A stretch of DNA of 64,000 nucleotides, from NCBI RefSeq assembly GCF_963921235.1, contig NC_086097.1:239694001-239758000 (forward strand), given 5' to 3'. The stretch comes from Mobula hypostoma. Its lineage: Eukaryota. The notes beneath the pieces were generated by a model that searched no databases, had not been told where the DNA came from, and saw nothing but the letters and a program-made list of their open reading frames with translations. The first letter of the stretch is position 1, and each line of letters opens with the position of its first letter. The translations under genes were made by a program, and so were the position numbers. Below, piece by piece: positions 1-10,324 of the stretch.

Positions 1-1254
1 TTTCAGGATACCTTCAGCGCATATTCAGATGGCGTTGGTGGTTAACGCAAGCAACAATCTCACTATACGTTTTAATGTTTCAATGTCCACGTGACACCAA
101 AACTAATGTTTCTAATCTTTCATTTTTAGAAGACAATGAGTTAGTAGACAGTTTTCTAACAAAATATATACTTGGTAAAATGTACTGTAGTGTTTATTGG
201 GGAAGTTTGTGTTGATTTCCATCAATGTGTTCATTCAGAGATGGCAAGTTCATAAAACTTTAAGCATTGAACTCAATGTCGGACTGCCTTAGGGATTCCA
301 GCTCCAGATTTTTCCCTCAGGGTTTACTCGGAAGCCTTCCCCATGACTGACTATAGCCGCAAGGCAGTGGAGGCTTGAGGTCAGAGTTTTCCTTCTCCTA
401 GGTGAGCTGCCAGCCACAGCTGATGAGCCCCATCAGCCCAAATAACATATCAAACTCCACTTATCCCCATTGGCTTCACCTCCACAGGTGCCAATTGCAA
501 TAAATTCTACAGATTAGCCACCATCTGGATAAAGAAATTCCTTCCCATTTCTGTACTAAAGGGATCATCGTTTTGTTCTGATGTTGTGCCCTCTGCTCCT
601 AGACTGGAAACATCTCCACATCTGCTCTGTTCAGGCCTTTCAATAGTCAGTAGTCCATTATACAGTTTTCCTGCTATTCAGCCAATGGAATTAAAAGTTC
701 ATAGAAATGTGCAACACCCTGCAAAATTGCCAAAATTAAGTTAATTGAGAGTTACGTACACTGAATGGCCACTTTATTAGATACATCGCTACTCTTGATC
801 ATTAACGCAAATACCTTATCAGCCAATCATGTGGCAGCAAATCAATGCATAAGAGCATGCAGACATCATCAAGCGCTTCAATTATTTTTTCAGACAAAAC
901 ATCAGAACGTGGAAGAAATATGACCTAACTGACTTTGACCATGCAATGATTGTTGGTGCCGGATGGGGTACTTTGAGTATCTAAGAAACTGCTGATTTCC
1001 TGGGATTTTCACACACAACATTCTCTGAAATTTACAAAAATTGGTGCACAAAACAAAAAAAAAATCCAATGAGCAGCAGTTCTGTGGGCAAAAATGCCTT
1101 ATTAATTAGAGAGGTCAGAGTAGACTGACTAGACTAGTTCAAGCTGACAGGATTATTATAATAATTAATGCATTACAACAGGCTTGTACAGAAGAGCATC
1201 TCTGAACGCACAACATGTCAAACTTTGCTGTGGATGGACTACATAAGTCTACAC

Positions 1255-2462
1255 TAGGTTTCTGGTTAAGATTTCTGCTGCTGTGCTCTGAGGTAGTTTA
1301 TATTAGCAGTTTACTGTAAAAGCAGTGAGCCATGCTGGAAAGTGTGTTTTGGCTTCGGCTAAGATAAGGACCCATGTTGTCCAGCTTAGGAATATGAGTC
1401 AGCCAATCAAGATTGCAGGATGTGAGAGAAGGCTGTAGAGTTTTCTGAAGGTCTGGTCTGGGGTCTTTTGGCGGGAGCTGTGGTGTGGGACAGAAGAGAA
1501 GATGCTCCACAATGCTGTTGGAAGGAGATTTTGCGTCACAAGAAGTGCTTTGTGCAGATGAATGGCTCCAAGAAGGAAGGGCAGTACTCCTGAGAGAGAG
1601 AGAGCCAGGGAGCTCAAGATGGACTTTAAGGCAAGTTTGGAATGTGGCAGGTGCTTTCACCCAGACCATGTGTCCGGTGCATTAGTGAGAGATACGCTTG
1701 CAAATACTCCAGTATGGGCTCCAACAGTTATGTGCATATTAACTCACTTAACTGTAAAGGGCTCTTCCCTTTTCTTTTTCCTACTAACTGTTTGATAAAG
1801 CGGAAATTGGTAAATATTCTTTCTTTATAATTTATTGCAGTGTATGTTCTGTTATTTTTTGCCGACTGATAATTGTGTATGGGCAGTATTTATATAGCAT
1901 TCACTCAAATGGAGATTCCTTTAATCGAAACATTGCGACGTTCCTGTTTGGTTGAACCCCAAATCTCATTGACCCTGGACGTATATTAACATAGAAGCAT
2001 AGAAACATAGAAAATAGGTGCAGGAGTAGGCCATTTGGCCCTTCGAGCCTGCACCGCCATTTATTATGATCATGGTTGATCATCCAACTCAGAACCCCGC
2101 CCCAGCCTTCCCTCCATACCCACTGACCCCTGTAGCCACAAGGGCCATATCTAACTCCCTCTTAAATATAGCCAATGAACTGGCCTCAACAGTTTCCTGT
2201 GGCAGAGAATTCCACAGATTCACCACTCTCTGTGTGAAGAAGTTTTTCCTAATCTCGGTCCTAAAAGGCTTCCCCTCTATCCTCAAACTGTGACCCCTCG
2301 TTCTGGACTTCCCCAACATCGGGAACAATCTTCCTGCATCTAGCCTGTCCAATCCCTTTAGGATCTTATACGTTTCATGAAAGGTGGCCTTTTCACTGCT
2401 GTGTCACGTCGCTGTTAGCAGAGTCAGCCAAGTTTGTATACGAGCCCAGTGAGGGGGTTACA
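1255..2462. mobile_element. Probable solo LTR nested in the Tc1 derivative (left edge uncertain)
   Basis: Ends in GGGGGTTACA directly before the Tc1 terminal repeat and contains TGAGTCA and CCAAT motifs near 1396-1407. No clean 5' TG or TSD found. Confidence 0.4.
1990..2377 (-). mobile_element. Young 5'-truncated CR1 LINE 3' fragment
   Basis: ORF 2089-2352 is a CR1 ORF2 C-terminus (..TRGHSLRI..NFFTQRVVNLWNSLP..). (CATAGAAA)n tail at 1990-2014. Near-identical to copies at 45822, 54627, 60995 and 62181. Confidence 0.9.
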
Positions 2463-3412
2463 CCAAATAAAGTGGCCACTGAGCATGTATTAAGAGTAAG
2501 ATAGACATTTGTGATTTTCTGCTGTTATCAGTTCCAGCTGAATTCATCAATGCAGAGGAAATGGATAATGCCTCCAAAAATGTATTCCTTTTGTCTGTAG
2601 TGCATAATTAAGAGGAAAAAGAAGAATTATGTCACAGATATTTGCAATTCATCCCATTAAGAGCAAATTAGATAGCTGGTTTGAGTGAAAATTCAGATTG
2701 CTGAAACAGAAGCCACCATTTCTCTTGAGTGCTTGAAGCGATAAAAGGCTCCCGTACTCTGCCATTTGGTACTTAATCAATGCAGAAGACAATTATTGCT
2801 GGTAGACGCTCCGAGAAAAAGAAACTTTGACTGATTTTAAAATAGTACTGTGAAATTCTTTTAAGGATTCCAGATTAGTGGTCAGGTCTTCTTAGGTTAA
2901 CTCAGCTGATAAGATTCTGGTATTTGGAGCATATTTCAAAGTATAAGTATTTGTTATAATTTGATTTAATATTTTTGCATTTTATGGTCATTACTGAAAT
3001 TTTTCCCCTAATGGCATAGGCATAATATACAAGACAGATAATGCTGACTCGAGATTTATTTATCATGGAAAATGAAGAATGATAGAGGTGTTTTATGTAT
3101 AAAAAAACGCCTTTGGGGCATGGTATTTGCAACTGCTCTCATCAAAGTTTATACTTCAGTAAAATTAATGAGAGTAATGCCATATCCCTGGACTATCACA
3201 AAGAAAAGGCAGCCAGCACCATCATTCCATTGATTTGTCATTCAGGCTAGAGTAGGGTCTTGATCACGAACTCAATTAAAAAGTCCCACAGAGCAGAGAG
3301 TATTATGGATATGGAATCCTGATGGAAGTGCCTTCTTTAGATTAGACATTAAACTTAAGTCACACTTGCATTGTCAAGTAGTGTTTAAAGAACCAATTGT
3401 ATTGTGTTAAAG

Positions 3413-3493
3413 CAGGGGTTCGCAAACTGGGGTCCACGGATCTCTCGGTTAATGGTAAAGCTCTATGGCATAAAAAAAGCTTGGGAACCCCTG
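3413..3493. mobile_element. 81-bp hAT (Charlie-type) MITE
   Basis: TIRs CAGGGGTTC..AA / TTGGGAACCCCTG. 8-bp TSD TGTTAAAG (3405-3412) / CGTTAAAG (3494-3501). Confidence 0.8.
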
Positions 3494-3560
3494 CGTTAAA
3501 GTAAAGCAGTAAGATTCTCTGTGTTTTGCCTAACTAGCTGTGTTTAAAATTTTACAAAAG

Positions 3561-3765
3561 CAAAGTAGTGAGGATGTTGGAAATCTGAAATAATGCAGAA
3601 AATATGCAAGTGCACTGTAGGTCGGGTAACATCTGTGGAGACAAAAATCAAAATAATTATTTCTAGTCGCAAACACAAGGGAGTCCTGGAGAAGGGCCTT
3701 GGCCCAAAACACCTTTCCATAGATGTTGCCTGACCTACTGAGTTCCTCCAGCATTTTATATTTCT
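3561..3765. mobile_element. Old, degenerate fold-back Penelope 3'-end insertion
   Basis: Left part resembles the reverse complement of the PLE tail. Right part has a decayed hammerhead (GTCCTGGAGAAGGGCCTTGGCCCAAAAC) followed by ..GAGTTCCTCCAGCATTTT. Confidence 0.5.
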
Positions 3766-4389
3766 AGTCAATGACTTTTATCACAATCTTTCCAGTATGA
3801 TATTCCAGGTGGAGAAATTTGCAAACGCACCCTTTTGTGTGGAACTGCTGACATTTCTGAAACTAATCTGAATGACTGGCAGAATCTTGTTAATATATTC
3901 TTGCCATGCACACTATTATCCAAATACACAGCATAAATTAAGTTCTACTTAACATTCCAGAAACATAATCAACACCAACAGTATGATATTTAAATGAACC
4001 AATCCTCCCCCCACATCAGATTCCTAATTAACACTTTCTGCTGCCTAATCTTAAACTTGCTAAACCTTTTAGCCATAGCACAGTTGCAGGCATAATTTCA
4101 ACCTTCATAAAATTGTAATATTTTCTAGTTGTTCATTTTCCATGGAAACAAATGATTACTATACTTTGATTTAGTGTTTCTGCCAATAGCCTTGGCAATT
4201 AATCAGCAGAGTGGCCAATCATTTCCTCAGTGTATGCTCAAAGATGTAAATTGTAATTTCAGTAAACAAGGCTCTTATGATCCCATGCTATGTGATTATT
4301 ATCCTGCAATTACGTCATAGGATATTTTGCATCAACATTTTCTTTATGACCATAAAGGTGAAAACGGGCCATTTCCGGTCAGCTAATTG

Positions 4390-4551
4390 CTCCCTCTGAC
4401 TCTCCCCTTCCCTTCCAGTCCTGACGAAGGGTCTCGGCCTGAAACGTCGACTGTTTACTCTTTTCCATAGATGCTCACTAACCTGCTCAGTTCCTCCAGC
4501 ATTTTGTGTGTGTGGCTTTGGATATCCAGCATCTGCAGATATTCTCGTGTT
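4390..4551 (+). mobile_element. Penelope-like element 3' end (single arm with tail)
   Basis: Pyrimidine tract, hammerhead and ..CCAGCATCTGCAGA.. tail, homologous to 27500-27656. Confidence 0.8.
4416..4453 (+). ncRNA. Minimal type I hammerhead ribozyme (intact core)
   Basis: CAGTC-CTGACGA-AGG(GTCTCGG)CCT-GAAAC-GTC-GACTG. Stem I CAGTC/GACTG, stem II AGG/CCT, palindromic ACGT in place of stem III, predicted cleavage after C4448. Confidence 0.8.
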
Positions 4552-4675
4552 AGCAAGTTTTCTGTCAAGTTTGACATGGGTTCTGACCAAGGTAAATAAC
4601 AGAGGTGAGTGACCAAGAAGAGCACGTTCACTGAAAGTGGTCAAATCTCAGCTAATAACCACTATGATAATGTAT

Positions 4676-5050
4676 TCATCATCATTATGTGGCCATGTTG
4701 TATTGGAGTGGGTGATCGTAGTCTTATCCATGACCACGCTTGTTCTTGGTAAATCTTTCTACATTGCCTTCTTTTGAGCAGAGATTTTACAAGACGGGTG
4801 ACCCCAGTCATTATCAATACTCTTCAGAGATTGTCTGCCTGTCATCAGTGGTCACATAATCAGAACTTGTGATATGTACCAGCTGCTCATACGACCATCC
4901 ACCACCAGCTCCATAGCTTCACGTGACCCTGATCTGGGGGGGGGAGTGGGATTACACAGATGCTACACCTTGCCCAAGGGTGAGCTGCAGGCTAGCAGAG
5001 GAAGGACCACCTTACATTTTCTTGGATAGAGATGCATCTTCACCCTACAA
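4676..5050 (-). mobile_element. Non-autonomous RTE-related retroposon
   Basis: (ATC)n end and CATTGCCTTC motif typical of RTE 3' ends. A second copy lies at 18395-18765. Confidence 0.45.
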
Positions 5051-5083
5051 TCCATATTAATGCATTAGAGGTCACATTATATA

Positions 5084-5720
5084 ATAAGATGGCGGCGCGA
5101 CGCAGCGCGCGCGGCCGTTCCAAATTGATATCGATATGTGTTAACTGGGGGGCCGTGCACAATCCGGATTTGATGGAGACAGCCGTGAGAAGCATGGAGG
5201 AACACCTGGAGTAACTTCTGAAATGCCTGCTTCACTGCCACTGCTACTGTGCGATCGAGAATCTCCGGAGATGAAGGCCCAAAATCCTCGGCTTTGCCTA
5301 TTGGCTGTTGCCAGGGCCGGGGTTGAAGTGCTCGACAGAGATGGTGCTCGGTGCTCGGTGTCGGAGAGCTGGTCGGAGGCTCGGAGTTTTTCGGATGGAC
5401 TCGGAGTCGGACTGTGGTCGGATGCTTCCGGGATGCTGCATCGGCAAGTTGGCGGCGCTGGAGGTTCACCGTCTGCGTGAGATGATGGGACTTTCGAGAG
5501 AGTCTGAGACACCTTTTTCCGTGCCCATGGTCTGTTCTTATCAAATTACAGTATTGCTTTGCACTGTTGTAACTATATGTTATAATTATGTGGTTTTTGT
5601 TAGTTTTTAAGTCGCTTTGTCATGTGTTTTCCTGACATAATTCTGGAAAAACGTTTTATCATTTCGAAATGCGTGCATTACTAAAGACAATAAAGGGGAC
5701 TACGTGTCCTCATAATCATA
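5084..5720 (+). mobile_element. CpG-rich non-autonomous LINE derivative with YY1-type 5' end
   Basis: Starts AAGATGGCGGC (5086-5096), has a CpG-rich body, AATAAA at about 5689 and a (CATAAT)-like tail. Confidence 0.5.
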
Positions 5721-5757
5721 AACTGAGTACTAAAAGGTAAACTGACTGTTATCTTTA

Positions 5758-5891
5758 GGAGTCCTGCTGAAGGGCCTAAGCCCAAAACGTTGACTGTACT
5801 TTTTTCCATAGATGTTGCCTGGTCTGCTGAGTTCCTCCAGCATTTTGTGTGTGTTGCTCAGATTTCCAGCATCTGCAGCTTTTCTCTTGTT
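5758..5891 (+). mobile_element. Penelope 3' end starting at the hammerhead (core mutated)
   Basis: AGTC-CTGCTGA-AGGGCCTAAGCCC-AAAAC-GTT-GACTG plus tail. TSD TGTTATCTTTA (5747-5757) / TGTTATATTTA (5892-5902). Confidence 0.75.
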
Positions 5892-5944
5892 TGTTATATT
5901 TATTATGTTGCTTTTTCCTGAAAAAAATCCTATGATAACAGTTG

Positions 5945-6152
5945 TATTTTATTTAGATAGCAACAGGCCATTTTTGCCCAACCCAGTTACACCCATGTGA
6001 CCAATTAACCTATTACCCATATGACTTTGGAATGTGGGGGAAACCACCCGGGGCGGGGGGGTAATGTACAAACTCCCTACAGACAGTGACGAAATTGAAC
6101 TGGGTCACTAGCGCTGTGATAGCATTACGCTAACCGTTTTACTACCATGCCA
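5945..6152 (-). mobile_element. tRNA-derived V-SINE-like remnant
   Basis: Reverse complement has A/B-box-like motifs, a GTTTCCCCCACATTCCAAAG core and a (TAAA)n tail. Confidence 0.5.
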
Positions 6153-6459
6153 CCTCTAATGCACCACCCTGCCACTCTTTCTATGTAAAATGCCATCACT
6201 TAGCTGCTCAGAGGTGTGAAAGTGTGCAATTAATTTGTTTCAGAGATATTTAGACACACACAACTTGAAATACAGTATATGATTGTTCCATGCTCTTGCC
6301 CACTTGCATTTGAAGTAAACAATAGCTCCCACAGTGGTTATCTTCTTTGGGGGCTTATATCTTGGACAATATATGATAGCAATTGCATTGGGCTATCTTG
6401 TAGGGCACTATAATATAATAAGTCTCCAGTTATATTCATACCAATGCCTCCCGCAGAGT

Positions 6460-6579
6460 GGAGGGAAGGCTGGGTTCTGAGTTGGATGATCAGCCATGAT
6501 CATAATAAATGGCGGTGCAGGCTCGAAGGGCCGAATGGCCTACTCCTGCACCTATTTTCTATGTTTCTATGTTTCTATG
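6460..6579 (+). mobile_element. CR1 3' tip
   Basis: Identical to the 3' UTR of the young CR1 family, with (TTTCTATG)n tail. Confidence 0.85.
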
Positions 6580-7949
6580 TTTATCACATTTTGTACTCAA
6601 ATGACCTACTGCCTTCTACCAAACCGAGGATACACCATGCATCATGGGCATGAAAACTAAATCCTCTTCACCACCCAGGATTCTGCCAACAACGGTAGTT
6701 TCATTGGCAAGTTTATAAATGACAATTGAACCATGCCTAGTCACGCAGGGTGTAGGGAGAGTATCACCATCCTTGAGGTGTGCCTGTCTTGATTGACAAC
6801 AAGGGGGAGATGTTTTCACTGATCTGCACTGACTGTGGTGTCCCGATGAGGAAGTCAAGCATTCAGTTGCAGAGGGACCTACTACAAAAGCTCAGGTTTT
6901 GAAGCTTGTTCATTCCTACTGAGGGGATGATGGCGTTGAATGCCAAGTTGGAATCAATAACCAACAGCCTGATTACTGTTGCTGTTGTCCGGGAACTCCA
7001 AAGGCAGTAGAGAAACTGCAAATTTCTCCTGGTGTTTTTGTCTGACTATATAATCACTATTTCTTCATATCTCTGGCTGCTTGTGTGATTTCTCAGATGA
7101 TACTTCATTTAATTATCTTTTCAGTGTGTGGCAAATATCTCGCATGTCCTTTAGCACCTTTAACATTAGCACCTTTCTCCTTGTAGTGCACAGCCACACA
7201 TCCTAACTGTATTTACTCCAAGGTGACTTTAACAAACTTGTTTACCCTAAGGTACATTTTGATTGCTTTATATTGGCTGAGACCAGTCAAATTTACTGAG
7301 TTTGTTGTTATATTCAACACATTCAATGCCTAGAAAGACGCTTTGTCTGCTTATTTCTCCAATTCTGCTGCTCTGTCAGACTGTAACATCTCAAACTCAA
7401 TGCTTATTTACTGTCTCAAGTGCTGAAATTTGTAACTTTGCCCAATGGGACCACACTAAGGTTTGTCACCTCACATTCCCTTCACATCTTCTTTTGTTTT
7501 TTTTTGCCTTTTGCACAATTTGTTTTGTTTTTGCAAGTTCAGGAAGGGGTGGTGGTTTGGTGCTTTCTTTTTGAATGGGTTTTCTTTGTTTCATGGCTGT
7601 TGGTGGGAAGACAGATCTCAGGGTTGTATACTGCATACACATTTTGATAAGAAATGTACCCTGTATTTTTGACTCTTTAGAATCTTTAATACTATTTTAA
7701 CAAAATACCTTTTTTTTCATTCTCTTTCTAGCAGACATGTTTGGAGACCAATCTCTAAGAGGCTTAAGACGCAGAATCAGATTTAGGTTAATTGTCACTG
7801 ACAAATGTGTGTCATGAAAATGGCAGTTTTGTAGGAGCGATACAGTGTAAGATTAAAAAAAAAAATTACTATCAGCTACAATATAAAATAAACAAATAGT
7901 GCAAAGTGGAATAGCAAAGTGGGTTCATCGACAATTCAGAAATATAGCC

Positions 7950-8320
7950 AGAGTCATAGAAAATTACAGCACAGAAGCCGACCCTTTGGCCCATCTAGTC
8001 CTTGCCAAACCATTTAAATTGCCTACTCGCATCGACCTGCACCATTGCCCTCCATACCACTACCATCCGTGTACCCATCTAAACCTCTCCTAAACATTGA
8101 AATCAAGCTTGCATGCACCACTTGCGCTGGAAGCTCGTTCCACACTCTCAAGACTCTCTGAGTGAAGAAGTTTCCTCTGATGTTCCCCTTAAACTTTTCA
8201 CCTTTCACTCTTAACCCATGACCTCTAGTTGTTGTCCAAGTCTACCTCCGTGGAAAAACAGTTACCCTATATTTGCAGTTGCAAATTACCCTATATTTGC
8301 AATTACCCTTCATAATTTTG
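7950..8320 (-). mobile_element. Degraded CR1 3' fragment nested in a Rex/L2-type remnant (about 7775-8495)
   Basis: ORF 8023-8208 ..NFFTQRVLRVWNELP..; flanking ORF 8310-8510 ..IIKDPQHPGH..FRNSFFPSTIR. Confidence 0.7.
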
Positions 8321-8839
8321 TAAATCTGATGGTAGAGGGAAAGAAGCTGTTCCTAAAAAGTTGAGTGCAGGTCTTTATGATCCTGTACGTCTGCTCTGAT
8401 GGTAACAATGAGAGGACAGTATGTCCTGGGTGTTGAGGGTCCTTAATGATAAATGCTGCTTTCTTCAAGTATCGCATATTGAAAATGTTCTCAATAATAC
8501 ACTTCAGCACTCCATTAGGCTACACCTTAATCTTCTTTCCTTGGGATTAAGACTGCAGATTTTTAATTTTCTACTTTGGTATACACTGTCAATTCAGGTA
8601 AAAATCCAGTCTTTTTTCTTTGTATTTTTTCATTGCTGCAATGTCTATTTTATATTATGAAGACTGTCCATTTAAACATTATACCTGTAGCAAATTAATT
8701 GATAGAATTTATAATTTTTTTCTGAGTGAGTAAGATTAAATAGTTAAATCATTAAAGATCTACGAATCTGATGAATTGCTGTGTTCCTTCCAATCCTTCA
8801 ACAGTGACAAATCTCTGCTCAATAAACATTAGTCTATTT

Positions 8840-9250
8840 ACCAGGCAGTTTTTTCGGGCAGGTGGGGCTCATCAGCCTTGGTCAGCAGCCTGCCTCGGAG
8901 TAGAAAAATCTTTGCTGCCTTGCGGCCAGACCCACCCATGGGAAAGGCTTCGGGAGTAAACCCCGAGGAAGAAATCCGGAGCGAGGGTCCCTAAGGCAGT
9001 TTGATGTAGTTTACAACTTCAGTCTGGCAACCTCTGTGACAACACTGGTGCCAAGCTGTATCGGCGCTTGCTCTTCCCTTGGACTACATCAGCGACATGG
9101 AGAGGGGAAACCCAGTGCATGGGCAACAGCCGGTTCATCAAATCTTCCCGCCCAGGCTTGCGCCCTGGAGAGGACACAGTCCACCAGAGGCACAAGCCAT
9201 GATCCCTTGGGACTGACAGCTGTCTACCTATTGTCGAAAACAGCCACAAC
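8840..9250 (+). mobile_element. RTE-type 5'UTR-derived non-autonomous element
   Basis: Shares ATGGG(A/G)AAGGCTT(C/T)GGGAGTAAACCC..GTCCCTAAGGCAG with 17262-17322 and, in reverse, with about 280-345. Confidence 0.45.
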
Positions 9251-9439
9251 TGACTTCCACTCTGATGGGGTGGTAACTCAGTGTTTCTTCCAAACTGAAT
9301 TTGATTTCCTAGTCATTGACACTTTGAGCTTTTAGTATCTATACAATGATCCATATCACAATACAAATGAAATAAGATCTTTGATAGACTGTAAACATTT
9401 TTAACATTCTATTCCAGCGCTACAATCTTTTCATTGATA

Positions 9440-9875
9440 CCTAAAGACCATGAGACATAGGAGATTTGGCCATTTAGCCCATTGAATCAACTCGACCATT
9501 TGATTATGGCTGATTTATTTTACCTCTCAACCACATTCTCCCACTTTTTTCCCAATAGCCTTTGACACCCTAACTTATCAAACTCTGCTTTAAATATACC
9601 CAATGACTTGGCCCCCACAGCCATTTGTGGCCATGGATTCCACACCATGTATCACTCTCCGACTCAAGAATCACTCCTCATCTCTGTTCTTAAGGGTCAT
9701 GCTTCTATCCTGAGGCTGTGCCCACTTGTCCGAGACTCTTCCACCATTGGAAACATCCTCTCCCTGTCCACTATATCTAGACCTTTCAATATTCAGTAGG
9801 TTTTAATAAGATCCCCCCCTATTCTTCCAAACTAGAGTGAGTACAACAGCAGCACCGTGAAATGCTCCTCATACA
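9440..9875 (-). mobile_element. Degraded CR1 3' fragment
   Basis: Homologous to CR1 ORF2 C-terminus and 3' UTR, with a (CATAAGAC)-like tail. Confidence 0.65.
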
Positions 9876-10324
9876 TGGGATACAATTATAGATCGAAAAG
9901 CTATTCCTCAATAATGGATATCTGAAAATATAATTCTATTTTGATAAACACAGGGCATTCTATTTCAATAACAAGTTACTGAACTGTTCTCATTATCAAT
10001 GGACTCACTTTCAAGGACTTTTCATCTAATGTTCTCGATATACATTTTTTTTTTAAATTTATTATTTTTGTTTCTTTTTTTTGTATTTGCATAGTTTGTT
10101 GTCTTTTGCGCATTGGTTGCTTATCCATCCTGTTGGGTATAGTCTTTCATTGAATCTCTTATGATTCTTGGATTTACTGAGTATGCCTGCAAGAAAACAA
10201 GTTTCAGGGTTGAATATGGTAACATCTATGTACTTTGATGATAAATTTACTTTGAACTTTGAAGTCACTTTCTACATAAAATTACATGTGATTTGATATA
10301 CATATATTATTATATTTACAGTCT

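Larger units (their letters stand above)
759..2487 (+). mobile_element. Non-autonomous Tc1/mariner derivative, interrupted by later insertions
   Basis: TA|CACTGAATGGCCACTTTATTAG at 757-780 and the complementary AATAAAGTGGCCACTGAG..TG|TA at 2466-2489. Decayed Tc1 N-terminal HTH coding sequence at about 900-1050. A sister copy lies at 19214-19762. Confidence 0.7.
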
